64,000 nt of DNA from Trichoplax adhaerens (Eukaryota > Animalia > Placozoa), in the NCBI RefSeq assembly GCF_000150275.1, contig NW_002060951.1:762328-826327 (forward strand), in the 5' to 3' direction. Positions 19,398 through 39,779 of this stretch are shown here, one piece after another. The notes below the pieces were generated by a model. The model worked only from the letters and a program-made list of their open reading frames with translations. It had not been told where the DNA came from and searched no databases. A program made the position numbers and the translations under genes. The stretch's first letter is position 1; each line of letters begins with the position of its first letter.

Positions 19398-22300
19398 ATG
19401 GCCACCGATCCTTTCTTGAGCCAGGTAACTGCATCAAAACTAGCATAGAATGAATTAGTAAAGGCATAAAGTGACGTTATTAATCGAGATAAACGTAAGA
19501 AAAGCCTTAGTATCGATCAGTCAAATCACTTTTCTCAGCGTTATTCAATTGATCTCCATTAATTTTCAATCTGTATTCACTGGAAGTGAGAAAATAAACC
19601 TGTAGATGAGAGGGGAGAACGCAGTCGATGGAGATGTTCATTCCATTTCACTTAGCTTTGCTAATTGCTTCTGATATTTTCACTTTTCGAAATACTTTCT
19701 TTCCATTGCCATAACAAGGCAATGGACTGATACTACCAGTAAAGGTATTATTTTGTGTAGGATCCTCTTGTATTTTACGTTGATTTCCACGAAATCATAG
19801 CCATGTACTGGTTGATTTGACCCCTGTAACGTAGCCTACAGTAGTACTATCGTCAATCTGTCGCGGACTTAGGCGGAGCCATTTCCCCCTGTGATCATCC
19901 CATTTAAAGTTATCCTTTGAGTTGATATCGACTGAGAATATGAAGTGGAGATGAAAAGTAAAGCCAGATAGTCACTGTACTGCTATAGTAGAGTCTAGTT
20001 TAAATTGGTTTATATTTTATAGTGTTATCAAGCAGCTCTTTTTAAATGATACACATAGATCAATGTGGTATACTGCACCTTATCCATGTTATTGAGAATA
20101 TTAATACGTAGATAGCAGCAATGGTATCAACACCACTGTAGGGACTACCCATTTGGGGGGATATTCCCTACCTTTTAAGTAGTCCCTGCTCACTGCAGCC
20201 TAAAGTTGTAATACCCAGCGTTTGAAGATGGAAAGATTTTCTCGCTAATGAGGTTACTAATTTTCAGTAATAATTAATTAATTGCTGTAAGTGCAATATC
20301 AACGTAGGTATTAATAGCTTTGGATTCTCTTTCAAACTTTTTAAGAAGAGTTTACTTAGTTAAATAAGAGAATACCTGCAATTATTTTGACAACTGGATC
20401 AAGACAGACTCAAAAATCAACTTCATCTTTGTTATAAGCTATTATTTAATATAACTGGAAAAGAAAGCAATTTAATGCTGATAATCTACACTATGTATCC
20501 CTCCATTAGTGATATTTGAATGAATCGGCTTTAAAATGGCGCATACTGTACAGTACTACGCCCACATTAAGTGAAGTTAAAATGTTCATGATGGACACCT
20601 AATCAATGTGCTGTACTTCTCCAACAACTAATAATGGATACTTTATCCTTCAATCTGTGCCTTGTTAACAATTTCAAGTATCGCACACCAACTTTTACAT
20701 TACCATGTTTTATCCCAAAATAAACTCATAAACTGCTAGACGACTTGCTGCACTTAGTTAACTTAATACAAATGCATTGTAGTTGATCGATGAAGTATAT
20801 TGGAATCGACATCACTGTAATACAGTACGGTAGTAATATCGATGTCATCGCCATCAACTTATACAAGTTGATCACATTAAAAATGAAGAACTGCCAATCA
20901 CTAAACCTAAGTTAGTACTAAGATAGTGTTTGATGGCTGTCAATGTCTTTCATTACTGTTTTCAATCACGATCAATAAATACGCCCGTATTCGTTAACAT
21001 TGGTGCACACCAAGCTAGATCAGTTTACTCTTTCATCTGTTGCGTTTAGCTGTCAGCATATCTCTTAGAAATGAAAATTTTAATGTAAACAAGGTATAGT
21101 ACTGTAATTATCTAAAAACTTCAGTTAGCTTTTCATACTGTCTAGTAATACAGTTAAAAGACGGATAGACATTATGTTCGTGATATTTGCGTGTCCCGCC
21201 CGATAAACACAGAGTGGCCGCAAATTCGATATTTCTGTTGTCTATAATCGACTATTAAACTTCCAGCTAAGCTATTCAAAATTAAGACAAAAATAAATTT
21301 TGCCCAGAACACAAAATTTACAGAGAAGTGTTCATATTCGGTCAAATAGATTTAGGATAACGAGTAAAAAATGATGACTATGATACAGTATACGTATAGA
21401 ATAAACATAGTGTATTGATCATCCAAATGGCTTTTGTACCTTACACGGCTTACACGTACGATAGAAAATAAAGCGTGTTTTACAGAAAAATTGATACTTC
21501 TCTTTACAGTCTGCATAACGTTTCCTAAAAGAATAGCCCACCTTGAAATCATCCTAATACAAGCGAACTAAGAATATATTTTACATTATACGGCATTATA
21601 ACTATCAAGATCTTCTACAGTATAAGATACAAAAGCAAGTTTCTGCTCAAATTTCTCCTATGCAGTACAATATGTATACTAAATGTATTACTTCAAGTAT
21701 GGTCTATCATTCTTGACGATTTCAGTCAACTAGTATAATTTGTTTTGTCTCGGATGTAGACTATAGAGTGCGATGTTGCTCCATTTAGTAAAACACGAAA
21801 GTCTACGCAACAATAACCTTACAATCATACTTTAGGCGATGTATTATTATGAAATTCCTAATCGATCAACTACAACCTCGATTGATTTCTTATTTATAAT
21901 GATTGATATAGAAACGGATAAGTTGTGTACTTGTTGTATCCTTTATTATAATAGTACGTAAAAGTATGAACAAAAACAGAGAACGTACTAAAGGCGATGC
22001 CCTGGTGTTTATACTGTACTATAACACTAAATATCACTGACGATTGCAGGATCGCTTTATGTAACCAAATGTCGATTCGGACATTACTCTTGAATGGCTT
22101 CCGAATATTTTAAAGCAAACGAAAACTAAAAAAGACTGACATTACTGTACTAATAAGTTAGATCTCTTAATTTACACGTATCGTCAGTACGAACCTATAC
22201 CATGGGATTGCGAGAAAATCTCAATTCACAATCTATATACCAACTATGACTAATCCATATGACTCTTTCAATTTGATCGATGGATCCATGATATCCCATT

Positions 22301-25300
22301 TATTTTTGTTTTCATTTTTCGTCATCAGTAATCGATAAGAACCATATCATTAATTAAAACAAACACGTACATCAGTGGCCTGTGATTATGCTCGAGGTAG
22401 ACTGAAATCATTCAAATTACAATGTATATAACATATATATTTACAAATACTGTATATTGATTTCTTCACGGCATCTTTTATTCACACACGTTTAAACTCT
22501 AAAGTTGCTATTAATCATCAGAGTGAAGCAGTTATGATTTGATGATACTCCAGTTCAAAGTTCAGAAGACCAATGTCTGTTCTGTTTGACAAGTTCTAAT
22601 TGAAAATTACTTTACAACGTATAAAAAGATAACATTTATTCATTTATTCGTAATCTTTTTTTTACTCTTGTAATAACTACTGTAATACCTGCATAACATT
22701 ATACACAAATGATCATTCCACAAAAATCCGACTAGTCATTGCTTACTTTTTCGTGCACCGCAGAAAAATATCTACCCTAATACAGCTATTGCATCCAATA
22801 AACGCAACGTGGATTGTTAGCTTCGTATACATGATGTAACACTTTTCGCTGTTCAAATGAAATCGTAAGGCACTATGTTGCTAAATTTTCAATTTGCTTT
22901 CCATCTTAATTAAAGTCTAATATTACTAATATATTGATAAAAAGCTAATAGCTTACTATATACTACTAATATTTTGCAGTAATTCCGTGTTAAATGAATT
23001 TGTTTTACTTGGTAGCCATGATGGAATTAATGTTTTTTAATTATTAATTTCTACCAATTCAATTTAGCTGGCTGGGATGAACGCTTCTGTATACGAAAAT
23101 TATTACAGACAGGTAAGATAAAATTGTAAATCCTATATTAGTGCTATTTACTGTTTGCAATCTTCAACTCAGCTCACAGATTAACATAACAAAATATTTA
23201 TTCAGTTTCAAAGATCACAACCTTTATGTGTGTAGCTATAAATTGCTTAACAAATCGAGACTAATAAAATTAGACAAATTCTATTAGCATGCCATGGCTT
23301 GTAACGAATACATTTTATACTCTTTGTAAGATGGATCCTAATGGCACTGGCAAGATTGCTGCCGTCGATTTGGTGCCAACATTAAAAAAATCTAACTTAA
23401 AGGAGTCTGTCTTACATCAGGTAAATTATACTTTATATTCACTCTGTTTAACTGTAAGAGCAAAGCAAGGAATTTGGTTGAACTCATATTATTTCGTTAT
23501 GTATAGCTCTCTCTCTTATTAAATTATGTGATAGACAATGACAATACCATTTATTATCTTATTTGAATATCCTCATTAGATATGGGAACTTGGCGATTCC
23601 TCAAAAGATGGTTACCTAAATAAGAAATCTTTCTGTATTGTACTTAAGCTCATTGCATTAGCTCAGTGCGGTCGAGATTTTTCACTTTCTAATGTAAATT
23701 TTCCAGCTCCGCCACCCGATTTAGTACGTATTTCATAAATATAAATTTTAACACGCGTATTTAATTAATAGATTCTGCTAACAATAGAAATTTAAACATC
23801 AAAACAAACCAAACTATAGCATCATTATTTTATAATCTTCTTGATTTATGCTCAAATACTATAGGATAATCCTACTTTTTATAATCAGTACAGTAATTGT
23901 ACCAACCCTACTGTACCTGGTATTGGTTTAAATCGAAAAGCATTGTCTGGTTCCTTGGATAATATATCTTGGGGAATAAGTGTTAGCCTTAAATGCTATA
24001 TTTACTATGTTTTGATTATCTAAGATTGAATTGAAATAATCAAGGTATTGACTATACTCATATCCTATCTTCTTTTCTATTGACATATGTGATTGCAGAA
24101 AGAAGACCAAACAAAATATAATCAAATATTTGATGTACGGTGTAATGTTTTACTACTTTTTAAATTTATGTTTTGTACCACATTTCACTAATGTTTGATA
24201 ATTATTTTAAAAAATATTAATTCTAACTAGAATCTAAACCCTGTCAACACCCGCTTAACTGGAGAACAAATAAAACCAGTAATGAAAACAGATAAATTGC
24301 ATTAATTATCTGATCGTCAATGAGTTTGTAATATATTAAAAATGAAATAGCTATCGTAACAATAAGGTCTCATATTTATAAAACATTCATTCTCTCATCG
24401 GTATTTTTTCTTAATTCTCTCTTATAGATTTTTTTAAAATCTAAACTTCCACAGGATACTTTAAGTCTGGTCAGTTCAATAATATATCTTTTATTATATT
24501 ATGTAATTTATTCTATAATCCCTAGTTCTTGCATAAGATAAATTCTAGCCTGCTGTTAATACTACTATTTTTTATTCTTTAATCTTGTTTGTAGATATGG
24601 GATACGTGCGATTTTGAAAAAGATGGTACTTTAGATAAAGAAGAATTTATTTTGGTAAGTAATAATATGCGTATAATATTCTAACTGAATACTTTATATA
24701 ATAAAATAAAATATTTAAAAATTATATACAATTATAGGCTATGTATTTTATTTCGAATGCGGTGAAAGATAAACCAATTCCCAAACGATTACCACAAGAA
24801 CTTATACCTCCATCTAAACGAAGCAGCCATCATGTACTAAAATTCTAGCTATGCAATTTCTTAAAGTCCTGTCATGGTAATAATTTGTAGAAAATTAATA
24901 TCATAAACATATTCTGTTCATATATAATTAGGGAAAAATTGCAACCACAGACAATTCTACAGTAGACTGGGTTGTAAGCAAGAGCGATAAGGAGAAATAT
25001 GATGAATATTTCCGAAATATAAATCCAGATATAACTAGTGAACTTAAAGGTAGAAACATTCTAATGAAGGAACAAAGATGTTGCTATTCTTTTCTTATGC
25101 ACGCAAATTGTAAACGTGTCTTATTGTATGCTATTCATTTGATCCTTTAGCGGAAGATGTTCGCGATGTCTTTCTCATGTCTGGCCTTTCTCAGCAGGTT
25201 TTAGGTAGCATCTGGTAAGAACTTTTCTTTGATTATTCTTTGATTACAAATAGTCACGGAAGAGAAAATTATCTTATTATAATTATCCCATTGTTAGGAA

Positions 25301-28300
25301 TTTGTGTGATATCAATCATACCGGGAAACTAAATAGTGAACAATTTGCATTAGCTTTATACCTAATACAACAAAAGGTAAAGTTGCAACGAAGATTTTTT
25401 TGATTTACTATCGTTATATTAGTTACTTTAGTTATATATGCCTTTCAAATCTATGAATATAACGCACGTAGATAAACGGCATCGAACTACCCCTAACGCT
25501 TTCAGCAAATATGGTACCTCCGTCAATGAGACTTGATAAATCGGTCGAAAAGGTACAATCACAAAGTACTATCATATATTTTATGCTTATGTGATATTTT
25601 TGATGGAGCCGGATACTAATAAATCACTAAATCTAATTCCGACAGCCTGCATCGGCGTTTGATTCGTCTGCTTTTAAGGAATTTGATTCACTGAATCGAA
25701 ATATCCAACAGCTTATAAGGTCAGTATAATATTGGATAAAGAACGGAATAAATTATAATCGGAGAGATTAAAAGCATCATAAAATTTATGATTTTATAAT
25801 CTCTCATTAGCGATAAAACGAAATTACAGAAAGAAATTGGAGATACGGAGAGTTCAATTAGGCAAATTACTACTCAGATTGAAGATTTTACGACTGAATC
25901 TCAAAAATTAAGCGTAGAATGTGTTGAATTAGCAGCTAGAAAAGAAGAAATCCAAAAGGAGCTTGCTGATTTAGAAGCTAAAGTAAGTAAAATTTGAGCC
26001 TATTTTAAAAATAACACGCTTAATGATTGATATTCTTCGCTGTAAATATAATATAGAAAATTAAGCAGGAAAATATCGTTAAAGATATTTGCGAAAAATA
26101 CGAAAAGGAACAACTAGAGGTACAATGATTTAATATAGCTACTAACGAATCATTAAGAAATTGTTAGAAACTTATAATAATTTGTTTACTAGATAACAAA
26201 AATGAAACAGCAATTGCAGATGCAAGACAAAACGGTCAAAGTAAGTTTTACCATCATATTTTGTAGAAATGAAAATCATTTACTAATATAACTGTGACGT
26301 AGGAACAAGAAGAAGAGCTGGCGAGAGCTCGATCAGAATTAAATAATTTGCGTAATACTGAATCTAGACTAGATGCAGAGGTAAAACTGAAGCATTGTAC
26401 TAAACATCTTTTTTCTAACGTATATTTAAGTAGTACACTACGTACGATATTTATCACACTAGATTGAAAATGCTCGAAATAAGTTAGACAGTCTTGTAAA
26501 AGAAATCAAGGATATCAATGCCGAAATTAAAGTGGTAAACTTTATGAAAAGATATACTATAATCTCGTATATCTTGATTTTATCCGGTATCTTGGTACAT
26601 AATTTTCATTTTATTTGTCGTTCTCCATTATTTTAGTTGACTAATAAATCGCAGTCATCCGCTGATGCTAAAACAGAACTAATTGAAAGTATTAAACGAT
26701 ATGGTGGTGAAAGTAATGAAATAGAGTTGGATTTCAACACTACTGCTAGTATCGATAGTGCTGTATCTTTAACAGAATTTCCTAGTGAAACTTTGGATAA
26801 TAAGTCTACTAGCACAAACAACTTTTCTTCTGATGCTTTTGAAACAAAATTCAATAACAATGCATTTTCATCAGATGCGTTCTCTACCAAATCAGATCAG
26901 AATGCATTTAAGGCTAATTTTGATAATAACAATACATTTTCTTCCGACGCTTTCGGCGATTTTAAGGCAGATTTTGAAAATCAGGTAGATTCTTACATTT
27001 GATTATATGTTGAAGATTTTTTTTATTGCTTGATGGCTTATACATAATTGAATTTTAAAGAATAACCAAGCGATTAGCAATACTGATACCGCTAAGAATA
27101 ATGTCGATAGTGGTAAGACGATAGAAAATTCAATTTCTGCATAACGATTGCTATCTTATTAATCAATTATTTTCTTTTAGCGGATGATATAGATCCGTTT
27201 AGCACCCAAGATCCTTTTGCATCTGGTAAAATTTTATATCGATTCATCAATGTTGCAAATTTGCACGATAAGCTTATAAATCTTTTATAGATCTATAACG
27301 TAATTACAGTGTGTAACTTTTATAATCTCATTGTTTTGATATCTTGTATTTTGTAGATCCATTCAAGACTGATGATGTATTAGCCGACCCATTCGCGGAG
27401 GGTGATCCGTTCTCGGTAAGAATTTTGAATTCTACTGTAACATATCAATTAAAGATATGTATGTCATCCTTCTATTACTGTATTTGTATGCAATAGGAAA
27501 CGGCTGCAGATCCCTTCAGTGAACCGATCTCAAGTATTAATTGATTAATTCTCATATTTATGCTATTATTTCAGTGAATACTAAATGAATTAAGTTGTAT
27601 TTGTAATCGCTTAATAGGTAACACTGATGATGCCTTCAAATCTAAAACTTTGAACGACTCAGATCCATTTGGTGACAAAAACGTGAGTCTCTCCGGTTAT
27701 ATTGGTCAAATAATGTGAACAACTTGGCAGTTCAAACTCATATAAAGAAATTTCATTTTACAGGCAAAAACATCCACTACGACTGGATTTGATAAATTTG
27801 ATGCGTTTGCAGATTTTGAAGGTAGTAAGTCAACCGATAAGGCCTTCGAAAGCCAAAATCAAGCTAACAGCAGTACTGCCTTCACTGCCTTTGGAGATGA
27901 TCCATTTCAAACGAACATTACTGCTACCAGTAACATTAATAACTTAGATCCATTTGATACCAAGAAATCTGATGATCTTTTCGCTAGTGGTAGCAATGAT
28001 AATACAAGCAAAAAGTCTCCACCTCCTCGACCACCTCCACCAAAAGTTAAAGGTAAAAGCAAGCAAGATGACCCGTTTGGGGCTTTTTTCTCCAATGATG
28101 ATCCATTTGCAAGCAAGTCTAGCGGTAGTGCGCTTTCTTCAAATGATCCGTTCGCACCCAAGTCTACTAGCGACACTGGAAATAATAACAGTGCAGGGTT
28201 TGACGCTTTCAGTAACGCCTTTACGTCAAGTTCATCGTCATCTGCCCCACAGGCAAGTAATTAGCCGTAACCTAGATAATGTAGATCCGACGTATGCTAA

Positions 28301-28463
28301 TTTTGGGAATACACCGACACAGTTCAGTACTTTTTCAGAAGCGGATCAGTTAGATTGGGCGAAAAAAGATAGCAAACGTTTAGAAAGTGAGCGAAAACAA
28401 CAAGAGGAAACGGAAGACTTAGAATTGCAAAAAGCCATCAAAGCATCATTAGCGATATCTTGA
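19398..28463 (+). CDS. EPS15: Epidermal growth factor receptor substrate 15 (EPS15/EPS15L1): three EH domains, coiled coil, DPF repeats, Pro-rich motif, two C-terminal UIMs
   Basis: About 30 small exons. 19398-19424 (MATDPFLSQ), 23068-23112 (LAGMNASVYENYYRQ), 23331-23420, 23580-23723, 23865-23981, 24099-24134, 24231-24278, 24428-24469, 24595-24654, 24738-24833, 24932-25049, 25151-25214, 25298-25376, 25472-25552. Then coiled-coil exons (about 25.6-26.5 kb), DAF/DPF exons up to 27764-28252, and a terminal UIM exon ending at 28463 (EADQLDWAKKDS..EDLELQKAIKASL). Confidence 0.92.
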
Positions 28464-28921
28464 TTTGGTTTTAATGAACATTTTATTATCGTGTTATTAT
28501 TGTAAAATTGATGGCCAGTAAATCATGAAATCTAAAAATAGTTAATCCTCAAAAGCTAACCCATGTATTGCTAACATCTTAGACATCCTATCTACTAGGA
28601 TAGAAGTAGATTATAAAGGTCTTACATATTGGTTCATGTTAATAATGTTATGGAATATATGCTAAGAATATTGAAGCTTGAACCCTGCATTACCATACAA
28701 TCAAGATTATGTCAAGAAGTAATGCTCTTGTTCTGGACGAATAATTTAACAATAATTTTTACTCTGAGAATTAAACTACTCACTGTATGTAGTATGCTGT
28801 TACGAATTAGCACAATTCTAATACCTCCAAATAATAATAGTCCATTACGGTGTATACGCAATTAATTTAATTCATATTTACGAATACACTGGGTGATAAT
28901 CTTTCGGTGGTATGTATAAGT

Positions 28922-33137
<4,216 letters not shown>

Positions 33138-33240
33138 GATTCTCCAATACAGATATTGTTGTTTTTGATTAATTTATTTATTGCTTAAAGTGTTGGGAGT
33201 GTCAGCGGTGCAATGCGCCGACGTCAAATGAAGGTTTGCC

Positions 33241-33252
33241 TTTATATATAAA
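33241..33252 (-). promoter_or_regulatory. Putative TATA box of the CTH-like gene
   Basis: TATATATAAA on the minus strand about 105 nt upstream of the ATG at 33137, flanked by a small TACAG cluster at 33265-33305. Confidence 0.4.
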
Positions 33253-34951
33253 CTGCGGACGTTTGTCTACAGTACAATCTACTGTAGTCTATAGTACTTT
33301 ACTACACTAAAGGCAATTTGCTTGATACAGCAAAGTATCCTCAAAATCTTCCGCTAAAACATTGACGAAGATTCAAGGATTGACTTGAAATCTTTACCTA
33401 AAACATTTTTATTGAAACATCAGTAGAAGTAACTGATATTTCAACATAGGTGATATCATAAGCAGTGGTATCAAGTCAGATAGGTTGCAAACCAATGCAT
33501 TCCATGCTGTCGTTATTCAATTCAAACTTGGAAATGGAAGGTAGGATTAGCAATGTTGAAGGCGTTACAATGCGTGGATCCATTCAAAGAATAATTGGAT
33601 TCAACATTGCATTGACGAATGGTCTGATGATGTAATTTCATGCAATCTATAAATGAATAATCTGGATATTGAATGGTTGTTATTAGAATAATTCAAAATT
33701 TGAATAACTAAACATTCTGTATAGTACTTACTGTACAACTTCCGTGCATTATTTGCATCAGAACATGAAAGTCTGGTATGATGTACAGTACTGTATATCA
33801 TCATCACTAGTGGAGTAGTTAGTACATACTGTACACAGTGTTGTGTATTTGTAGGTACATCGCACGGAGAAAGGGATTCTGGTAAAATGGACAGCCGGGC
33901 CCGATTTTATAGACAGTAGGTGAGAAGCATGGACTCAAAAGGGCCGTTTAAAAGGAAAATAATGCAATTTTGTGCAATCTACTCATCTATACGATATCGA
34001 TATTATAATATTGATTGATTTTCTTTTATGAGTTACTTAAGGTTTGCATTCTGAATAATCATGATTGCAGTATGTTGGAATATTGTTATTAATTCCACTC
34101 AATATTGACGGTCAGTCGACGGTGGGGTTTGCAGTATAAAGTAAACGATACTTCCTGATGATCATACAGCATAATCTTTCCTTAGGATGATCAACTTTTC
34201 TCTGGCCAATGGATGATTGCTGTAAAGTTCAACTTTTTCTCAGGCCAATCAAAAGAATACCAGTGTGATATAAATGATCATATATTCGTATATCACGAGT
34301 GAGAGCTAGAGACCTTATCGTTACCGCTAACAGTACTCTATATCCATCATCACATTTGGTGATTTAGTGGTAGCTGATCTAGTCGTTGTAAGTTTGGAGA
34401 AGCAGAGAGATTTTATGGTACTGACATAATATTTGTATATTGAGCACCTGGAGTTCAAAACAAAACAAAAATGTCCTATAAATATACAGTATAGTATAAA
34501 GAATTCATTCATGTCTAGCAGTTGATGGTAGAAGTGGAATCAATAAGTTAAGTGGAACATCTATTGTACTGTACATTCCATGCCAACAAAGACCTGAACC
34601 ATGTGCTTACGTAGCAATCATCGATTGGACAGAGATAAGAAATTGATTATCCTAATTAGGTGGTATCGTACTGTAGTCTACAAAAAAAAATAAATTACTC
34701 AGGCATGCTTATGAGAGCTTCTTCTTTCCACACATAACCATTTTGATAAGTTTCGTTCTCAAAATGTCGCAAAACATTAGTGTTGATTTCTCTGAAACGA
34801 AAGGATCACGCTGCATAACTCAGTATACAGTTTACAGTACTGCACTGTACTGTAGAACATCCGATCGATGCACTGCAAGTTGTCCGCAACCATATCTCAA
34901 CACATTGTGGGTTGCAAAACCTGCGTGTTCATTATACCGTACTGGAAGAAC

Positions 34952-35114
34952 GGTTTGTGTTCACCTAGTCAACTTTCTGCCTGCCATTGTAGCTATTCAA
35001 TTGCAATACATGAGGTCCGTCGTAAAATTACGTTGTTAGGCGGTATAGGTACAGTATAAGTGAGCTATCAGAGAGCTACTATTGCATAATGAGCCAAGCT
35101 TAGCCATGGCAATT
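34952..35114 (-). pseudogene. Inverted, frameshifted copy of FDX2 exon 1 (mitochondrial presequence)
   Basis: Reverse complement aattgccATGgctaagcttggctcattatgcaatagtagctctctgatagctca...tgtattgcaattgaatagctacaatggcaggcagaaag...aacacaaacc aligns with 35744-35895. An insertion of about 10 nt leads to a TAA after 23 codons, and the splice donor is degraded. Confidence 0.85.
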
Positions 35115-35199
35115 ATGCAATTTACCGTTAGCTAGCTTTGCTTTTACCAAAGCAAAGCCAATTGCAAAGCTGATACTGACTTCTAGTACTGCCTTATGG

Positions 35200-35560
35200 A
35201 CACTTATTGTACAGTCTACACTGCAGTGTCCTGCACAGTGCACTGCATACTCCAACTTGGCATTCGGCTTGAACAATTTCTGTCCTAACACAGTGTTTGT
35301 ATAGCGATTGCACTCATTTCTGCTTCGAAAATCAATAATTGGATCGGGTTCGGCTTGCCTTTCCACTCCATTGCAGCAACTGGTGTACAAGTGTACTGTA
35401 CACTGTACACTGTACAGCATGGGGTCAAATGCTGTACTGTACTGTACACTTGTGTACACTGTACAGTACAGTACAAAGCGAACACGATACAGTACAAATC
35501 ACTCTGGGAGGATCCCGCTATGCAGTGTTCTATAGTACTGTACAGTACACAGTAATTCGC
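35200..35560. promoter_or_regulatory. TACAG/CTGTA island upstream of FDX2
   Basis: Dense tgtactgtacactgtacactgtacag and tgtactgtactgtacac runs 200-550 nt upstream of the FDX2 ATG. Confidence 0.6.
35290..35372 (-). repeat. Dispersed ~83-nt repeat, copy 1 (copy 2 at 62701-62782)
   Basis: Reverse complement aatggagtggaaaggcaagccgaacccgatccaattattgattttcgaagcagaaatgagtgcaatcgctatacaaacactgt, with about 30 nt at the 3' end identical to copy 2. Confidence 0.9.
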
Positions 35561-35750
35561 TATACTCTACGTATAGTATTCGCATGCTGGCCTACAGAAG
35601 GACAGAATATTTCTAAGGCTGCGAGACTATGGTCAATCGATAGTACTATCAATGTGTGGTGTATGGGTTTCAAGCACTGTTGCAACACCAGTAGTGCATC
35701 ATTTGACTTGAAACTTGCAGCTTCTTACTCAGCTGAATCGCGGAATTGCA

Positions 35751-37015
<1,265 letters not shown>

Positions 37016-39779
37016 TGTATTTCATTTTTCAATCAATTCATTACATCATTTCGTTAATGTGTATTTAGTATTCTTATGTTGCTAACGGCATCAATATGTT
37101 ACTATCAAAGTAATGCCGTCCCAGATTAAATCAATTGAACTGTCAAAACTTTATTGGTATTTAAGGTGTAAATAATTTTCTAGTGTAATCAATTATTCGG
37201 ATATGCTCTTGAATGAATTACTAGATATATATATGCCTCGTGTTTAAAATTATCAGAAATAATTGAAATCTTAACGGTATAGTAGTGCTCACGAAATATC
37301 ATCGCTACCTCATTAATCTTCATAAACCTGTAAATAGGATGGACAATGACGTTACTTTAAACTAATATTAGTTCATTAATTGGACAAGCAAGGCTTGCAA
37401 ATTATTCCACCCAAAACGAATGATTATGGAATATTTTTATAACTCAAATCTCATTTCTAATGTTGTAACGGGATCTTTCAATCAATCAGCCTGATTTGAA
37501 TCACTAGAGCTTGTTAATAATCTATAGAAATCCTAGTAATTATTTATGCTATTTGCTGATCATATATGAATTATCACTTATCTTCTAGAACTTTCTTCAC
37601 CACTGTACGCAATAAACGTGCGCTTTTTAAAATTAAATATTTATATACGTTTAGATATAAAACAATTCAATGTGTCCTATATAGGCACAAATAAGGCTTA
37701 TCTGGTCAATCTGCTGTGAATATTAGAAAAGTTAAAGATACGTAATCTATAGAATACACTCGAACGTATGTCTACTAAAATGGAATAACAAATTAACTTC
37801 AGCACAAGCTATTCCAGCATATCAACACAGTCCTCCAACGAATAATTGACTATGACAGCCGACTCCTTGCCAATGTCTACTTTAGAATAAAATAATACAG
37901 CCTCCTAGCTTATCCTACAAGCTACGCTCGATATATTGCAGGTCTATTGTCATTTATAAGTAAATTAGGCAGTATAATATCTGTTCATCCTTTTCTAGCG
38001 ATCAATTAAGGCATATAAGAAACTTACTATACCGCTGTACCATCCCCTTAAAATAGTAGGTAGTCTTATAAAGTACACTTTTGTACGAATGATATCCAAA
38101 CATCAATATTAGTGAGTCGTTAATTCATTTGGCTATTTGCTATACTGCAAATAATCTAGTTAAACCTAGCTCCCATTAGTGTATATGAACTCGACGGTCG
38201 TTAAACGCTTTAATCTACATGCTATTCTGTAGGCACTACAATAGTATTCTCATAGCGTAAAAATATACATATTCTGATATTCCTACGCAATCGAATCTTT
38301 GCTCATCATTATAAACGAAAAATTATCGAATGCGAAATCATAATACTACTTATTTGCCAACTTCAAGGTAAATAAATTAAATATGCTGTTATATTAGTTG
38401 GTAAAACAGAAAATATGCTATTCCATACGTAATAGCATCATTATTCTTATAATATTTAAATAAAATTGGCAACAAGACTTTGCTTATCTATCAAAGGAAA
38501 AGTTACGAAATACAAGAAGCTCGTCATACTATCAAATTTTTGTCAATACTTATGTTGTTTGACTGTAAGTGTACCCCGGATTAACTGATAGCAGTACAGT
38601 TATCATGTTATTTTAAATCTATTAAGCGAATTTACTCTCAAATACGAGTACATAAAATATCCAATATTACTTTCACACATCTTTAATAGCCTTAAACCAT
38701 TCGAATAATAGAAACTCGATACATTGCGAATGTTTACCACTCTTTGCTACTTGAATCATTTAAAACAGTACAATAATATGATAACCTTATAACGCATATA
38801 ACATTGCACAGTTAAAGTGTTTCATTTTCGAGAATGATTAATGTGTGATACTGATCAGAATCACTTGATCGCAACACACGTAATCTTATTAAAATCGAGC
38901 TACCAATAGCTATAAAAATAACTCATTAGATACCTGAAGGCTAATTTATAATCTTAGTGTGGATGTATGCTTATATTGCCATGCGGGGGGGAGGGGAATA
39001 TTTGACTTCTCATTGTCATTGAAGGTATCTCATCACTTCAGCTTCTAGACTATCTTGTAGAAATATCACTCATGACATGTTTAAAACCAATATTTACTTG
39101 TTAGTACCTCAATTAGTAGTAAGTAATGTTGCTCACTTATCCCGTTACAGCTTAAAAATATGGTACAATCAGTTAATTTCTGAGATAATGCAAGCATCCT
39201 CTTTGATTTCAAATCCTATATCAATTATATCTTCTATTACTGTAACAGTCAAGCTATAATAATTAACGATCAGCGACGGGTTACGGACCAACTATGAATG
39301 CTACACCATTAGCAACCCAAATAATTTCATTAAATGCAAAGTTGATCTACTGAGATGTTATCCTTGTAACTATTTCTAGCGTACTGTAAACATATTTTGA
39401 TAAATCATTCGCTAGCCAAAGAAAATTTCACTTTATCATGACCCTTACATCAAGTATATGCCCAATTTTAGTGCATAGACATAAAATAGATTAAGAGTTA
39501 GTGATTAATTATTTAAAACAAGGCGATTATAATATATTCTGCAGGAAAAAATTGACGTATTTACCGGTATCTTGTAGTTATAGAAAGAAGAAAATATACA
39601 AATAGATTCAATTGATAATAACTACGTTACAGTCGAATCATAGCACAAGACTAAATTATACAATATGGAACATACAGTCGTAGGTGTATACGCTAATTAA
39701 ATCAAGACGCTACAATATTATTGTTCATCTCCTTCTACGCTAGTAAAGTGTGGTCTTAAAATGTAAATTAGTATGAATA

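Noticed and set aside
27954-28252. N-terminal part of ORF 27954-28463 as real protein
   Set aside because: It is an alternative frame overlapping the EPS15 DPF exon; only the 3' UIM part is coding.
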